Positions 52,072 to 62,591 are shown, counted from the stretch's first letter. The stretch: DNA of 64,000 bases from Candidatus Nanopelagicaceae bacterium (GCA_018882885.1 VERG01000001.1:17872-81871); one strand, 5' to 3'. Notes: generated by a model from the letters alone, not told the origin. Numbers and translations are program-made.

Positions 52072-52545
52072 ATGCCCACACCGCCAACAGTTGCAAACCG
52101 ATTGCGGCAGATCCGCCAACAACAAAACTTAACCCTTAAACAGGTCGAAATACGTTCCCGAGGCAAGTGGAAAGCGGTGGTGGTTGGTTCTTATGAGCGC
52201 GGTTCTCGGTCATTGAGCATATCTCGGGCCCAAGAGCTATGTGATTTCTATGGAGTCCCACTTCTCCAGCTTTTCAGCGCAGGTGTTAAAAACTCTCAAT
52301 CAGAGTCATTAGAAATCTGGCGTTTTGATTTACGAAAGCTACGCAGCTATGAAGCTCTGCCTGATCTATTTGTAAAGCAAATAACCTCTTTTATTTCCTA
52401 TCTCGCTATCAAACGAGATGATTGGAATGGTGAGATTTTAACGATCCGGCACACCGATATTGAGATTATGCAACTCCTAACCCAAAAAACTATTCCCGAA
52501 CTTTATAGCGCCCTCTTAAATAGGAATCTGGTATTAAAGCGCTAA
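52072..52545 (+). CDS. bldD: BldD-like XRE-family transcriptional regulator
   Basis: The N-terminal HTH is nearly identical in key stretches to Streptomyces BldD (LRQIRQQQNLTL...KWKAVVVGSYERG...ELCDFYGVP). The C-terminal domain carries RDD-WNGEILTI-RHTD, aligned to RGD-X8-RQDD. The position between pyrR and nusB matches the Streptomyces locus (from memory). Confidence 0.75.
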   Translation: MPTPPTVANRLRQIRQQQNLTLKQVEIRSRGKWKAVVVGSYERGSRSLSISRAQELCDFYGVPLLQLFSAGVKNSQSESLEIWRFDLRKLRSYEALPDLFVKQITSFISYLAIKRDDWNGEILTIRHTDIEIMQLLTQKTIPELYSALLNRNLVLKR

Positions 52546-52944
52546 ATCCGTCTTAATCTCATTAATCTTACTAAGTACTCCATTTATATATTTACTTGAT
52601 TCATCTGTTGATAAAGTTTGGGCAAGTTCAAGCGCCTCATCAATGGCAACGGCAGGCGGAACCTCCTTAGACCACAACAACTCGAAAATAGATAAGCGAA
52701 GAATATTTCTATCAATGACCGGCATGCGATCCATGTCCCAACCTTGGGAATATGTAACTATCAACTCATCGATCTTGCGTCGGTGCTCCTCGACCCCTGC
52801 GATTAACTCTTTTGTGAAATCCCGAATCAGATACTCAACCTGGTCCTGTCTTTGCAACAACAAAGATTGAGCTGAGCTCTTCCTGATATCGGCTTCGTAC
52901 AGCAGATCCAGAGCAGTCTTTCTCGCTTTAGAGCGGGCGCTCAC
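52534..52944 (-). CDS. nusB: Transcription antitermination factor NusB
   Basis: 136 aa all-helical NusB pattern (ARSKARKTALDLLYEADI..., AVAIDEALELAQ), immediately downstream of efp. Confidence 0.9.
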   Translation of the reverse strand: MSARSKARKTALDLLYEADIRKSSAQSLLLQRQDQVEYLIRDFTKELIAGVEEHRRKIDELIVTYSQGWDMDRMPVIDRNILRLSIFELLWSKEVPPAVAIDEALELAQTLSTDESSKYINGVLSKINEIKTDLAL

Positions 52945-53505
52945 TTAATTTGCGCGTCCTAGATATTCACCTGTGCGAGTATCAACTAAAACTACCTCAT
53001 CCTGCTTGATGAAAAGCGGCACTTGTATCGTAATTCCAGTCTCTAGTGTTGCTGGTTTAGATCCAGCAGAAGATCGGTCGCCTTGCAGCCCGGGCTCCGT
53101 GTAGGTGATCTTCAATGGGACGTTGGCAGGTAATTCAACATAGAGTGGATTTCCCTCATGAACCGCAACAATCGCATCGGTATTTTCAAGCATGTAATTT
53201 GCAGCTTCTCCAACAGTTTCAGGAGCAATTGAAATTTGATCATAAGTAGTTGAATCCATGAATACAAAGCCAGAAGGATCCTTATACAAGAACTGCATAT
53301 CTCTTTTTTCGAGGATGGCTACATCAACTTTAACCCCAGCGTTAAAGGTTTTTTCGACAACTTTTCCAGAGAGAACATTTTTTAACTTTGTTCTAACAAA
53401 AGCTGGACCCTTACCTGGTTTTACATGTTGGAAATCGACAACATTCCATAACTGACCCTCGATATCCAAGGTCATGCCATTTTTCAAATCATTTGTGGTA
53501 GCCAT
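52945..53505 (-). CDS. efp: Elongation factor P (PGKGP-loop subtype)
   Basis: [10 protein letters not shown]...[17 protein letters not shown], 186 aa. Confidence 0.96.
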   Translation of the reverse strand: MATTNDLKNGMTLDIEGQLWNVVDFQHVKPGKGPAFVRTKLKNVLSGKVVEKTFNAGVKVDVAILEKRDMQFLYKDPSGFVFMDSTTYDQISIAPETVGEAANYMLENTDAIVAVHEGNPLYVELPANVPLKITYTEPGLQGDRSSAGSKPATLETGITIQVPLFIKQDEVVLVDTRTGEYLGRAN

Positions 53506-53539
53506 GACGCCGAAGGTTACACGTCAAGGGTATTTTTCA

Positions 53540-53980
53540 CTAATTTCCCAGCAATCCCTGCATCGCTCGGATAGCCAATCTGTAAGAATCTAGGCCGAAA
53601 CCTGCGATAGTTCCTGATGCCACTCCTGAAATTACTGAGGTATGCCGGAACTCTTCACGCGATAGTGGATTTGAAATATGGACCTCAATGCAAGGAGCCT
53701 TCAACATGACAACCGCGTCCCGTATTGCATATGAGTAATGAGTAAAAGCCGCTGGATTAAAAATTACTGGGGTCTTATTGTCAGCCGCCTGGTGCAACCA
53801 ATCAATGATCTCTGCCTCATCATTACTTTGTCGAATATCAACTGCAAACCCTAGGTCATGCGCGGCGTTCTCTACTGTCCGACAGATATCGTCATAGGTA
53901 ATATCGCCATAAAAGGATTTTTCCCGTAGATCAAGTCGGTTTAGATTCGGTCCATTAAGCACCATTATTTGCACAGCCAT
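53540..53980 (-). CDS. aroQ: Type II 3-dehydroquinate dehydratase
   Basis: LNGPNLNRL, and the IEVHISNPLSRE motif containing the catalytic His. Confidence 0.93.
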   Translation of the reverse strand: MAVQIMVLNGPNLNRLDLREKSFYGDITYDDICRTVENAAHDLGFAVDIRQSNDEAEIIDWLHQAADNKTPVIFNPAAFTHYSYAIRDAVVMLKAPCIEVHISNPLSREEFRHTSVISGVASGTIAGFGLDSYRLAIRAMQGLLGN

Positions 53981-53983
53981 AAT

Positions 53984-55009
53984 CTACTCCCCGATCACCT
54001 TTAAATAAATGTTTTTCAGCAAATCTTCCTCTACCGCGTCAATACGACTTACTGAACCTACCCCTTTTAGGCCTATAAATCTTAAGCCAACATTTGTCTT
54101 TTTCTTATCTAATTGCATTAATCGATAAAGCTCATCCCATGCATCTTTTCTATATCTAATAGGTAAATTAAAACGCTGAAGAAGCTTTGAATGTTGCTCT
54201 ACTATCGCAGAGTCCAATCCCAATTTTTCTTTGGAAAGGTGGGCGGCAAAAACTAATCCAATGGATATCGCCTCTCCATGCCTGAGTTGGTATCCACAAT
54301 GTTTTTCAATCGCATGTCCCAGTGTGTGACCATAATTAAGAATTTCTCTTAGGGAAGATTCCTTAAAATCCTTAGAAACTACCTCTGCCTTTACATTCGC
54401 GGCGCGCCAAATCAATTCGGAGCGGTTTGTTAGAGGATTAGATTCACAGAGTTCTAGGATTTTCGGGTCTGAGATAAAACCACATTTAATCACCTCAGCC
54501 ATTCCGGCATTCACATCTCGATCAGGCAGGGTTGACAAAAACTCCTCATTTATCAGTACCGCTAGAGGTGAATGAAAAGAGCCAGCTAGATTTTTGCCAG
54601 AGGGAAGATTGATGCCAGTTTTTCCGCCAATAGCAGCATCCACCATTCCTGCGAGGGAGGTTGGAACCGCAATCCAAGAAATACCACGCATATAAGTTGC
54701 GGCTAAGAAACCTACTAGATCGGTAGTAGCTCCACCGCCGATGCCAATTAATACCGCTGATCGACTAATTCCAGTCTGAGCCAACTGATTAAGTACCGAA
54801 AGATAAACCTCGCCATTCTTCTGCGATTCACCATCAGGCAAAGCAATGACCCGCCACTCTTTTGGAAGGTAACCTATGCGAGAAACAAAACTCTCGGGGG
54901 TAAGCACGCATGCCTCTTTATCGCCTACAAAATCCTTAAGAGAGTTTTCTAATTGATTTACAAAAAGGATTTGATAGCTGTGTTCCGCCGAAATATCGAT
55001 GGTTTTCAT
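53984..55009 (-). CDS. aroB: 3-dehydroquinate synthase
   Basis: NAD-binding GIGGGATTDLVGF, and metal ligands in YGHTLGHAIE. Confidence 0.93.
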   Translation of the reverse strand: MKTIDISAEHSYQILFVNQLENSLKDFVGDKEACVLTPESFVSRIGYLPKEWRVIALPDGESQKNGEVYLSVLNQLAQTGISRSAVLIGIGGGATTDLVGFLAATYMRGISWIAVPTSLAGMVDAAIGGKTGINLPSGKNLAGSFHSPLAVLINEEFLSTLPDRDVNAGMAEVIKCGFISDPKILELCESNPLTNRSELIWRAANVKAEVVSKDFKESSLREILNYGHTLGHAIEKHCGYQLRHGEAISIGLVFAAHLSKEKLGLDSAIVEQHSKLLQRFNLPIRYRKDAWDELYRLMQLDKKKTNVGLRFIGLKGVGSVSRIDAVEEDLLKNIYLKVIGE

Positions 55010-55509
55010 TTGGCGAGCTCCTGCAGCAAAATTTCAGCCACTTCATTAACCTTTCGGTTATCGGTGGAAACTTGATAATTCGCGAGTGACTCATAGATTG
55101 GCTTGCGATGCTCCATAAGCGCTAACCATTGCTGTCTGGGATTGCCAAGTAGAAGAGGGCGGTCCCTATTGAATCCGATACGTGGTGCCGCATTTGAAAT
55201 TGAAACCTCAAGATAAATAACTTGATGCATCTCTCTCAATACCGCCTGCGTATCCGAATCAAGTACCGCTCCGCCACCCAAAGAGATAACCGAATCGGGT
55301 TGTTGTAAAGCTTCAAGAACACTCTCCCTTTCCAAAGTTCGAAACTGTAGCTCTCCATCCTCTAGGAAAATTTCACTAATCTTCTTCCCGCTTCGTTTCT
55401 CAATCATTTCATCGGTATCAATAAATGATCGGTTCATACGTTTGGCCAAATTTTTACCAATGGAGGATTTTCCTGCGCCCGGTGGACCAATCAACACGAT
55501 AGATTCCAT
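55006..55509 (-). CDS. aroK: Shikimate kinase
   Basis: P-loop GPPGAGKSS, DTD, LGGGAV. Confidence 0.92.
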   Translation of the reverse strand: MESIVLIGPPGAGKSSIGKNLAKRMNRSFIDTDEMIEKRSGKKISEIFLEDGELQFRTLERESVLEALQQPDSVISLGGGAVLDSDTQAVLREMHQVIYLEVSISNAAPRIGFNRDRPLLLGNPRQQWLALMEHRKPIYESLANYQVSTDNRKVNEVAEILLQELAK

Positions 55510-55512
55510 AAA

Positions 55513-56694
55513 CTATTTGATGGACATACTCTTTAGATAGCTATCGAGATTTCGCTTTGTCTCACCTAAGCTATCCCCGCCAAACTTCTCCGTTATGGCA
55601 TCTGCTAGAACTAAAGCAACCATAGCCTCTGCGACTATTCCAGCAGCTGGAACGGCACAGACATCGGATCTTTGATTTATCGCCTTCGCGGCTTGGCCAT
55701 TTGAGGTATCGATAGTGTCCAATGCTTTCGGCACAGTCGAAATCGGTTTCATGGCAGCACGAACCCGCAAAACTTCTCCGGTCGTCATGCCACCTTCAGT
55801 ACCTCCAGCACGACCAGTTCTTCTTCTTATATTTCCAAAAGAGTCTCTTTCAATCTCATCATGAGCTTGGCTACCACGTCTGGTAGCGGTTTTGAAACCA
55901 TCACCAATCTCAACACCCTTAATCGCTTGGATACCCATTAAGGCGCCGGCCAATCTGGAGTCAATCCTGCGATCCCAATGTACATGTGAGCCCAAACCGG
56001 GAGGAAGGTTGTAAACCAGAACCTCAACTACGCCCCCCAGCGTGTCACCGTTAGCATGAGCATCGTTAATCTCGGCAATCATCGCTTTGGAAGTTTCTGG
56101 AAAAGCGCAACGCACCTCATCATCATCAATAGAAACTTGTGCATCAATTGCAGGTATTACGTACTCATCTGGAATAGATGCATTGCCAATCGAAACAACA
56201 TGACTTAACACCTCGATGCCAGCAATTTGCCGTAAAAATCTTCTAGCAACTGCACCTAGTGCAACTCGTGCCGCTGTTTCACGGGCTGACGCACGCTCTA
56301 AAACCGGCCGGGCATCAGAGAAATCATATTTTTGCATCCCAACCAAATCGGCATGCCCCGGTCGAGGGCGAGTCAAAGGTGCATTTCTTCCAAGAGTTTC
56401 AATTTCCTTTGGATCAACTGGATCGGCTGACATAACCTTTTCCCACTTAGGCCATTCTGAATTTCCGACCTCAATAGCAATCGGACCACCTTGTGTTAAG
56501 CCATGACGTACTCCACCAACGATGGTCACCTTGTCAGCTTCAAAGTTCTGTCGCGCACCTCGTCCAAAACCAAGACGGCGACGTCGCAGATCTTCATCAA
56601 TATCTAAAGAGGTTATTTGAACAGATGCCGGCATGCCTTCCAAAACCCCTACTAATGCGGGTCCATGAGACTCACCTGCTGTCAGCCAACGCAT
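55513..56694 (-). CDS. aroC: Chorismate synthase
   Basis: [13 protein letters not shown]-terminus, RPGHAD and [11 protein letters not shown]. Confidence 0.96.
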   Translation of the reverse strand: MRWLTAGESHGPALVGVLEGMPASVQITSLDIDEDLRRRRLGFGRGARQNFEADKVTIVGGVRHGLTQGGPIAIEVGNSEWPKWEKVMSADPVDPKEIETLGRNAPLTRPRPGHADLVGMQKYDFSDARPVLERASARETAARVALGAVARRFLRQIAGIEVLSHVVSIGNASIPDEYVIPAIDAQVSIDDDEVRCAFPETSKAMIAEINDAHANGDTLGGVVEVLVYNLPPGLGSHVHWDRRIDSRLAGALMGIQAIKGVEIGDGFKTATRRGSQAHDEIERDSFGNIRRRTGRAGGTEGGMTTGEVLRVRAAMKPISTVPKALDTIDTSNGQAAKAINQRSDVCAVPAAGIVAEAMVALVLADAITEKFGGDSLGETKRNLDSYLKSMSIK

Positions 56695-56711
56695 TGGCCA
56701 AGTATCGCAGA

Positions 56712-57137
56712 TTAGAGGAGCTCCGCGCCGTTATTAAACGCTGCGGCTACAACAGATAGGAACATAAAGGGAGCAAATGGCACCGCCCCGCTCGAAAGAT
56801 TAGAAATCCAGCGTCCCATAACAAAAAGGCTTGCGGCACACCAACTAATCAGATTAACAAGCAGCACTTCTGAGTATCTGATTTCAAGTAATCCCAAATA
56901 CATTCCAATTAAGAATGCTAATCGGACATCGCCAAAGCCGATTTTACCTCTCGAGAGAACAAAGAGAAGTAAGTAAATACCCAAATTGAAAATGGCGATT
57001 GATAGCGCATCTATCTTCATCCATGGAAGTAAGGTTATTAGAGAGAGATAAACATGCTTTCGCCGGACCTTATGAAATCGAACATCATGCAGTGAGATTA
57101 GAGATGCCGATAAGCAAAAATGCAGGATTGACATCAA
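56712..57137 (-). CDS. Minimal A24-family prepilin (aspartic) peptidase, TadV/CpaA-like
   Basis: 141 aa polytopic membrane protein with both candidate catalytic Asp contexts ([10 protein letters not shown] and GFGDVRLAF). It has no N-terminal methyltransferase domain. Confidence 0.7.
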   Translation of the reverse strand: MMSILHFCLSASLISLHDVRFHKVRRKHVYLSLITLLPWMKIDALSIAIFNLGIYLLLFVLSRGKIGFGDVRLAFLIGMYLGLLEIRYSEVLLVNLISWCAASLFVMGRWISNLSSGAVPFAPFMFLSVVAAAFNNGAELL

Positions 57138-57186
57138 ACCAAATTAGCAACGATCCTTCTCGTCTGGCCAGGATTTCCACAATCCT

Positions 57187-58011
57187 TTAATGTTGATTGA
57201 TCAGGGTTAGGACTTCGACAAAGGTGTCATCAAATTCTAGGTTCTTACCGGTCATAAGCTGGAACTGATAAAGAGCCTGCGCTGTTAGCAGCTCTAATCC
57301 TGAAATTACTGGCTTAGCCTTCCTCAACTGCGCGGCTGTAAATGCTGGGGGCCATGGAGAATAAATGGCATCCATTAAAACTCCACAGCCATGAAATTTC
57401 TCTGCTAACTCCACCACACCGTCATTTGGCACCGTGTTGATAACGAGGTCGAAACTCTCCCATTCTTGGAAATCGCTCCAATCATTAAACTCAACCTTCA
57501 AATTGCCGGCGGCCTGAAGCAACTTTGCATCGCGCTTGTTATCTCTTCGAAGAACTTGAACTCTGCATTGCCTGCCAACGGAAAGCTTCTCTAATGCCCC
57601 TACAGCTGCACGAGCGGTTGCTCCAGCCCCGATTATCAAAATTGAGTTAAAGGAGTGCTTGGACAAAAGATATTGAAAAGCTAGCAAATCTGTGCTCAGG
57701 ACCCGCCATTTTTCATTTTCTCTATAAATAGTATTTGCAGAGGCGATTCGCTTAGCCTGCTCATCCAAAACCAAAACATCAGATAATTCGGAATCACAGA
57801 TTGATTCCTTCAAAGGCATAGTTAGCGAGAAACCAAACCATTGCTTGCTCTCCGTCAAAGCGCTTCGGATCCACTTATTGAACTCCACCTCTTTGACCTC
57901 GACCGCTATGTATTCAAGCTCCAGATTGAATTTGCGATACAAGTGATTATGTATAGTCGGGGAAAGTGAGTGGCTTATCGGTGAACCCAATACAGCTGCG
58001 GTATGTCTCAT
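57187..58011 (-). CDS. aroE: Shikimate dehydrogenase
   Basis: GSPISHSLSPTIHN substrate motif, Rossmann IIGAGATARA, in aro gene context. Confidence 0.85.
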   Translation of the reverse strand: MRHTAAVLGSPISHSLSPTIHNHLYRKFNLELEYIAVEVKEVEFNKWIRSALTESKQWFGFSLTMPLKESICDSELSDVLVLDEQAKRIASANTIYRENEKWRVLSTDLLAFQYLLSKHSFNSILIIGAGATARAAVGALEKLSVGRQCRVQVLRRDNKRDAKLLQAAGNLKVEFNDWSDFQEWESFDLVINTVPNDGVVELAEKFHGCGVLMDAIYSPWPPAFTAAQLRKAKPVISGLELLTAQALYQFQLMTGKNLEFDDTFVEVLTLINQH

Positions 58012-59048
58012 TCAAATAATCCTGCTCTGAAATTCTTCTTGTACTCTGCCTTCCAGAGCAAGAATTCATCATAGGAGCTGGTGAATCTAGTCTCCCCTGG
58101 CTTTACCGTCACAAAATACAGCCAATCACCTTGCGGCGGATTAAATGCAGCCTGAATGGCAGCCTTAGTAGGGCTACCGATTGGCGTGGGCGGCAAGCCC
58201 CGATAGATAAAGGTGTTGTATCGGCTTTGTACTTTTGTTTCCTTTAAAGAAACCCTTATCTCTCCCCTGCGATTCAAGGCGTAGTGCACCGTAGAGTCAA
58301 ACTGCAATGGCATGCCTTTTTCAATACGGTTATAAATCACACGTGCAACCTGGCCGAAAACATCTGGTGTGCCTTCGCTTTCTACAAGGGAGGAAATAAT
58401 CATTATCTCGTAAGGCTTGAAATTGGTACTTGCGGTCCAAGAAATATCTCGAGTAATCCAATTGAACTTCCTGACCATCTCGCCAACAATTTTTGGCGCG
58501 GTAACACCTTTATTAAAGGAGTATTGAGCTGGATAGAGAAAGCCCTCTAATTCAACGTTAGCAAAGGGTTCTTGAAGTTTTTGTGCCCTATACGCCCGAT
58601 CAATTTCGGACTCTTTCAATCCAAAACTGATTAGTTGTTCCTTAATCTCATTCCATCGAGCGCCGTCTCTTACCGTTATCAGATTGGGAATTCGCTTGGA
58701 ATCCAGAAGTTGATCCAATGCTTGTTGCGCTGGGATTCGCGTTTCTAGCAGATGTTCTCCAGGCGCTATCCGTGCTGCTCTCTCATCTGCCACAGCAATT
58801 CGAAAGAATGCAAGAGAAGACTTAATAACATCTAAACTCTCTAACTTACCTCCGATTTCAGAGCCGGATTCTCCTGGCAGAATTTCCACCAAGACCTCTG
58901 GGCCCGCTTGACCAGGTGAATAATCTGGAGCAGCTACTACCCCACTATTTAAACTCCGCAATGTTAAGGTAAACAGAAATATAAAAACTCCCGCGCTTAA
59001 CAGCCTCAAAATAGCGGGCTTTGAAGGCAGCGCCTTAGTGGACGGCAT
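58008..59048 (-). CDS. mltG: Endolytic murein transglycosylase MltG (YceG-like)
   Basis: N-terminal TM anchor and YceG domain motifs (IISSLVESEG with catalytic Glu, RYNTFIYRGLPPTPIGSP). Confidence 0.88.
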   Translation of the reverse strand: MPSTKALPSKPAILRLLSAGVFIFLFTLTLRSLNSGVVAAPDYSPGQAGPEVLVEILPGESGSEIGGKLESLDVIKSSLAFFRIAVADERAARIAPGEHLLETRIPAQQALDQLLDSKRIPNLITVRDGARWNEIKEQLISFGLKESEIDRAYRAQKLQEPFANVELEGFLYPAQYSFNKGVTAPKIVGEMVRKFNWITRDISWTASTNFKPYEIMIISSLVESEGTPDVFGQVARVIYNRIEKGMPLQFDSTVHYALNRRGEIRVSLKETKVQSRYNTFIYRGLPPTPIGSPTKAAIQAAFNPPQGDWLYFVTVKPGETRFTSSYDEFLLWKAEYKKNFRAGLFE

Positions 59049-59487
59049 CGTTACCAGCCAACTCCCTTGTTAAACGCTCTGAATTAAGAGCAAACTCAAG
59101 GATTTCAACGGCAGCTAATTGATCAATATTGGATCGATTTACTTTGCTGTGATTAGAGATAACCTTTGAACTCGCAGACTTGGTAGTTAATCTTTCATCG
59201 AGTAATCGAATAATCACTGTCTCTGTCAGAAGCTTTTTCAATTTACTAACCGCGACTCTTACTTTGGCGGCGGCATCTCCTTCTTGTCCGGAAAGATGGA
59301 GAGGAAGTCCAACATAAACAACCGTCACCCCTTCACTATTTACTATCTCAGCGATCTTGGTGAGGTAATCCTGTCCAGAAACCGTTGCATATGGCGAGGC
59401 CAGGATTCCTGCAGCATCTGAAATAGCCACCCCGGTGCGCACATCACCTATATCAACTGCTAGGCGACGACCCAACGGCAGCATCAC
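59035..59487 (-). CDS. ruvX: Holliday junction resolvase-like / pre-16S rRNA nuclease RuvX (YqgF)
   Basis: [15 protein letters not shown]-terminus and DERLTT motif, downstream of alaS. Confidence 0.88.
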   Translation of the reverse strand: MMLPLGRRLAVDIGDVRTGVAISDAAGILASPYATVSGQDYLTKIAEIVNSEGVTVVYVGLPLHLSGQEGDAAAKVRVAVSKLKKLLTETVIIRLLDERLTTKSASSKVISNHSKVNRSNIDQLAAVEILEFALNSERLTRELAGNDAVH

Positions 59488-62162
59488 TTGAGTTTTCTAA
59501 TTGCTTCTCTTATTGAACTTAGCGCTGATGCTATTTGCCTTCCTTCAACACCGCCGCCTTGAGCAAAATCATCTTTTCCGCCGCCACCACCGCCCAATAT
59601 GGCTGACGCGCTCTTGACCAATACTCCCGCCTTTACTCCAGCAGCACGAGCCGCATCATCAGCGGCCACAACTAAGACTACTTTTTCCGCACCTTGGCTA
59701 GTTAGCGCAATTACTGAATTCTTCAATTTACTTCGCAGGTCGAGTGCGATAACCCTTAGATCATCTCCAGAAAGATTTGGAGTTAATTCATGTGCGATGA
59801 GAGAGATGTCGCCAATCTTTTCAGCTCCAGAAACAAGATTGGCTGACTCACTCAAAGCCTGTTTTGTTTTTATCTGAGCTAACTCTTTTTCAATCTCCTT
59901 CAACTTTGAAAGAATTTGGGAAATTCTTTCCGGGAGCTCTTCACTTCTTGTTCCCTTAACGATCTCATTTATTGAGTTGAGTAAAATATGTTCTCTCGCT
60001 AAGAAAGCATAAGCATCAACGCCAACTAAGGCCTCTACACGTCGCACACCCGCACCTATAGAAGACTCGCCAAGTAACTTCACAACCCCCAGCTGTCCAG
60101 ATCTTGCAACATGGGTGCCTCCACATAACTCGCGGGCCCAATCACCGACACTGACCACACGAACTACATCACCGTACTTCTCACCGAAAAGCGCCATCGC
60201 TCCAATCGCTTTAGCTTCCGTTTGCGACATTTGCTCGGCAGTGACCTCTAAGTCCTCTAGCAATAAAGTATTAACTCGCGCCTCAACCTCACTCAAAGTT
60301 GTAGCAGAAACCGCACCAGCAGAAGGGAAATCAAATCGGAATCTTCCGGGTGCGTTCTCTGACCCAGCTTGGGTTGCAGTCTCGCCGAGAATTTCACGGA
60401 ATGCTTTGTGAACCATGTGGGTTGCGGTATGGGCTCTTGAAATTCCCCGTCTTCTCTCCAAATCTATTTCGGCATGTACCGCCACACCAGACTCCCATGA
60501 ACCCCGTGCAACTCTTCCTCTATGGACAAACACACCTGGAATCGGAGTCTGGACATCATCAATCTCAATTAAAGATCCATCATGAGCCTTGATCAATCCG
60601 CCATCGGCTAACTGACCACCACCCTCAGCATAAAAGGGGGTTCGATCCAAGATAACTTCAACCTCATCACCTTCATTTGCATGTGAAGCCACTTTTCCAT
60701 CAATCAATATTCCAACAACGCTGCTCTCTGTCTGGAAATGGTCATAACCTACAAACTCTAATTTCTTACCTAGTTCAGCAATTTTGCGATACTCCGTTAC
60801 ATCTGTGTGTCCACTCTTTTTGGCTTTAGCGTCAGCCTTTGCGCGATCACGTTGCTCTTTCATCAAGCGCTTAAAGCCATCTGCATCAATTTCCAAACCC
60901 TGCTCCGAGGCCATTTCGAGAGTTAAGTCAAATGGAAATCCGTAGGTGTCGTGCAACTTAAATACATCATCGCCGGAAAGCTGCTTACCACCATGCTTCT
61001 TTACAGCAGAGCTAGCTTGATCAAAAATCTGCGTTCCACTCTTCAGAGTTTGTAAAAACGCCTCCTCCTCAGCGATTGCAACCTTAATTATGCGCTCTTG
61101 ATCTGAGACCAACTCCGGATACTGTGGCCCCATTGCTTCAATGGAGGCGACGATTAACTCCTTCATATTTCGATCTTGAGAGCCTAGTAACCTCATATTG
61201 CGTGTAGTTCGACGCATCATGCGGCGTAGAACATAGCCACGACCTTCATTTCCTGGAGTAACGCCATCGCCAATCAACATGGCTGCGGTTCGGGCATGAT
61301 CTGCGATAACTCTCAGAGAAATATCGCTGGAATTTTCTTTTCCATATTTAACTCCAGTAATTTCGCTAGCTTTATTGAGTATGTGACGGGTTGTATCAAT
61401 CTCATAAATATTCTCTACACCTTGCAACAAAGCGGCTGTACGTTCTAAGCCAAGTCCGGTATCGATATTCTTAGCTGGCAGCTCCCCCAAGATTGGGTAA
61501 CCCTCTTTGCCTGGACCATCGCCTCTGATGTTTTGCATGAATACCAGGTTCCAAATCTCTAGATAGCGATCCTCATCAGCGATAGGGCCGCCCTCTTTTC
61601 CATACTGCGCTCCCCTATCAAAATAAATTTCAGAACATGGACCACATGGACCAGGAACACCCATAGACCAGAAATTATCTGCCATTCCTCGTCGCTGAAT
61701 TCGATCCTTTGGAACGCCGACCTTGTTGTGCCAGATATCTGCAGCTTCATCATCATCAAGATAAACAGTTACCCACAATTTCTCTTCTGGAAATCCATAT
61801 CCTCCATCGCTAACTGATTTAGTTAGCAACTCCCAAGCTAGGGAAATAGCACCCTCTTTGAAGTAATCTCCAAAGGAGAAATTGCCGCACATTTGGAAGA
61901 ACGAGGCATGGCGTGTGGTCTTCCCAACCTCATCAATATCAAGGGTACGAACACATTTTTGTACCGAAGTGGCTCGTGAGTATGGCGGAGTCACTTCCCC
62001 AAGGAAGAATGGTTTGAATGGCACCATGCCGGCATTCACTAGAAGTAAATTTGGATCATCAGCAATTAGGGATGCTGAAGGCACCACCGTATGTTTCAAG
62101 CCAAATGAGTTGTCGGCTTCAAAGTATTTAAGCCAACGGGATCTAATCTCCGCTGAGTTCAC
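59484..62162 (-). CDS. alaS: Alanine--tRNA ligase
   Basis: 892 aa. Motifs are [14 protein letters not shown]-like ([15 protein letters not shown]), the editing domain HTATH / CGGTH, and the C-terminal DHHA1 domain with GGGGGGK. Confidence 0.97.
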   Translation of the reverse strand: MNSAEIRSRWLKYFEADNSFGLKHTVVPSASLIADDPNLLLVNAGMVPFKPFFLGEVTPPYSRATSVQKCVRTLDIDEVGKTTRHASFFQMCGNFSFGDYFKEGAISLAWELLTKSVSDGGYGFPEEKLWVTVYLDDDEAADIWHNKVGVPKDRIQRRGMADNFWSMGVPGPCGPCSEIYFDRGAQYGKEGGPIADEDRYLEIWNLVFMQNIRGDGPGKEGYPILGELPAKNIDTGLGLERTAALLQGVENIYEIDTTRHILNKASEITGVKYGKENSSDISLRVIADHARTAAMLIGDGVTPGNEGRGYVLRRMMRRTTRNMRLLGSQDRNMKELIVASIEAMGPQYPELVSDQERIIKVAIAEEEAFLQTLKSGTQIFDQASSAVKKHGGKQLSGDDVFKLHDTYGFPFDLTLEMASEQGLEIDADGFKRLMKEQRDRAKADAKAKKSGHTDVTEYRKIAELGKKLEFVGYDHFQTESSVVGILIDGKVASHANEGDEVEVILDRTPFYAEGGGQLADGGLIKAHDGSLIEIDDVQTPIPGVFVHRGRVARGSWESGVAVHAEIDLERRRGISRAHTATHMVHKAFREILGETATQAGSENAPGRFRFDFPSAGAVSATTLSEVEARVNTLLLEDLEVTAEQMSQTEAKAIGAMALFGEKYGDVVRVVSVGDWARELCGGTHVARSGQLGVVKLLGESSIGAGVRRVEALVGVDAYAFLAREHILLNSINEIVKGTRSEELPERISQILSKLKEIEKELAQIKTKQALSESANLVSGAEKIGDISLIAHELTPNLSGDDLRVIALDLRSKLKNSVIALTSQGAEKVVLVVAADDAARAAGVKAGVLVKSASAILGGGGGGKDDFAQGGGVEGRQIASALSSIREAIRKLK

Positions 62163-62168
62163 TTTGTC

Positions 62169-62567
62169 TTAAAACTCCTCATCATCGACAAAGCGAGCGC
62201 TCTTACTCTTTTTTGATGACTTATTTTTTTTCTTCTTACGAAGCTGCGAAGCGGTTAATACCGCTCCAGCTGCCTTCATCGCCATTTGATTCTTGTCCAA
62301 GAAGGAAGATGTGTTTTCGGTGATTTTTGTACTTAGCTCTTCCATGGTCTTAGTGACCTTATTTATGCTTTGCAGCGGACCATTTACGAGCTCTACCGTA
62401 GTTGTAACCTCATTGAGCAACGGGGTGGTTTCATTCGAAATATCTTTAACCGCTTTGCCTACCTCATCGATCGCTCGACCGAGACGAACAACGGCATAGG
62501 CAATCGCGAAGCTAATAATCAATAAAGCGCTAGCAGCGATAATCGCTGCAATTCCACCCGCTGACAT
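62169..62567 (-). CDS. DUF948 domain membrane-anchored protein
   Basis: An N-terminal TM helix is followed by a long helical region and then a poly-lysine tail (RKKKKNKSSKKSKS) with an acidic end (DDEEF). It sits directly upstream of alaS, which I believe from memory (not checked) is a common position for a DUF948 gene in actinobacteria. Confidence 0.7.
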   Translation of the reverse strand: MSAGGIAAIIAASALLIISFAIAYAVVRLGRAIDEVGKAVKDISNETTPLLNEVTTTVELVNGPLQSINKVTKTMEELSTKITENTSSFLDKNQMAMKAAGAVLTASQLRKKKKNKSSKKSKSARFVDDEEF

Positions 62568-62591
62568 ACCCGTAGCCTACCCAATTCCCAA

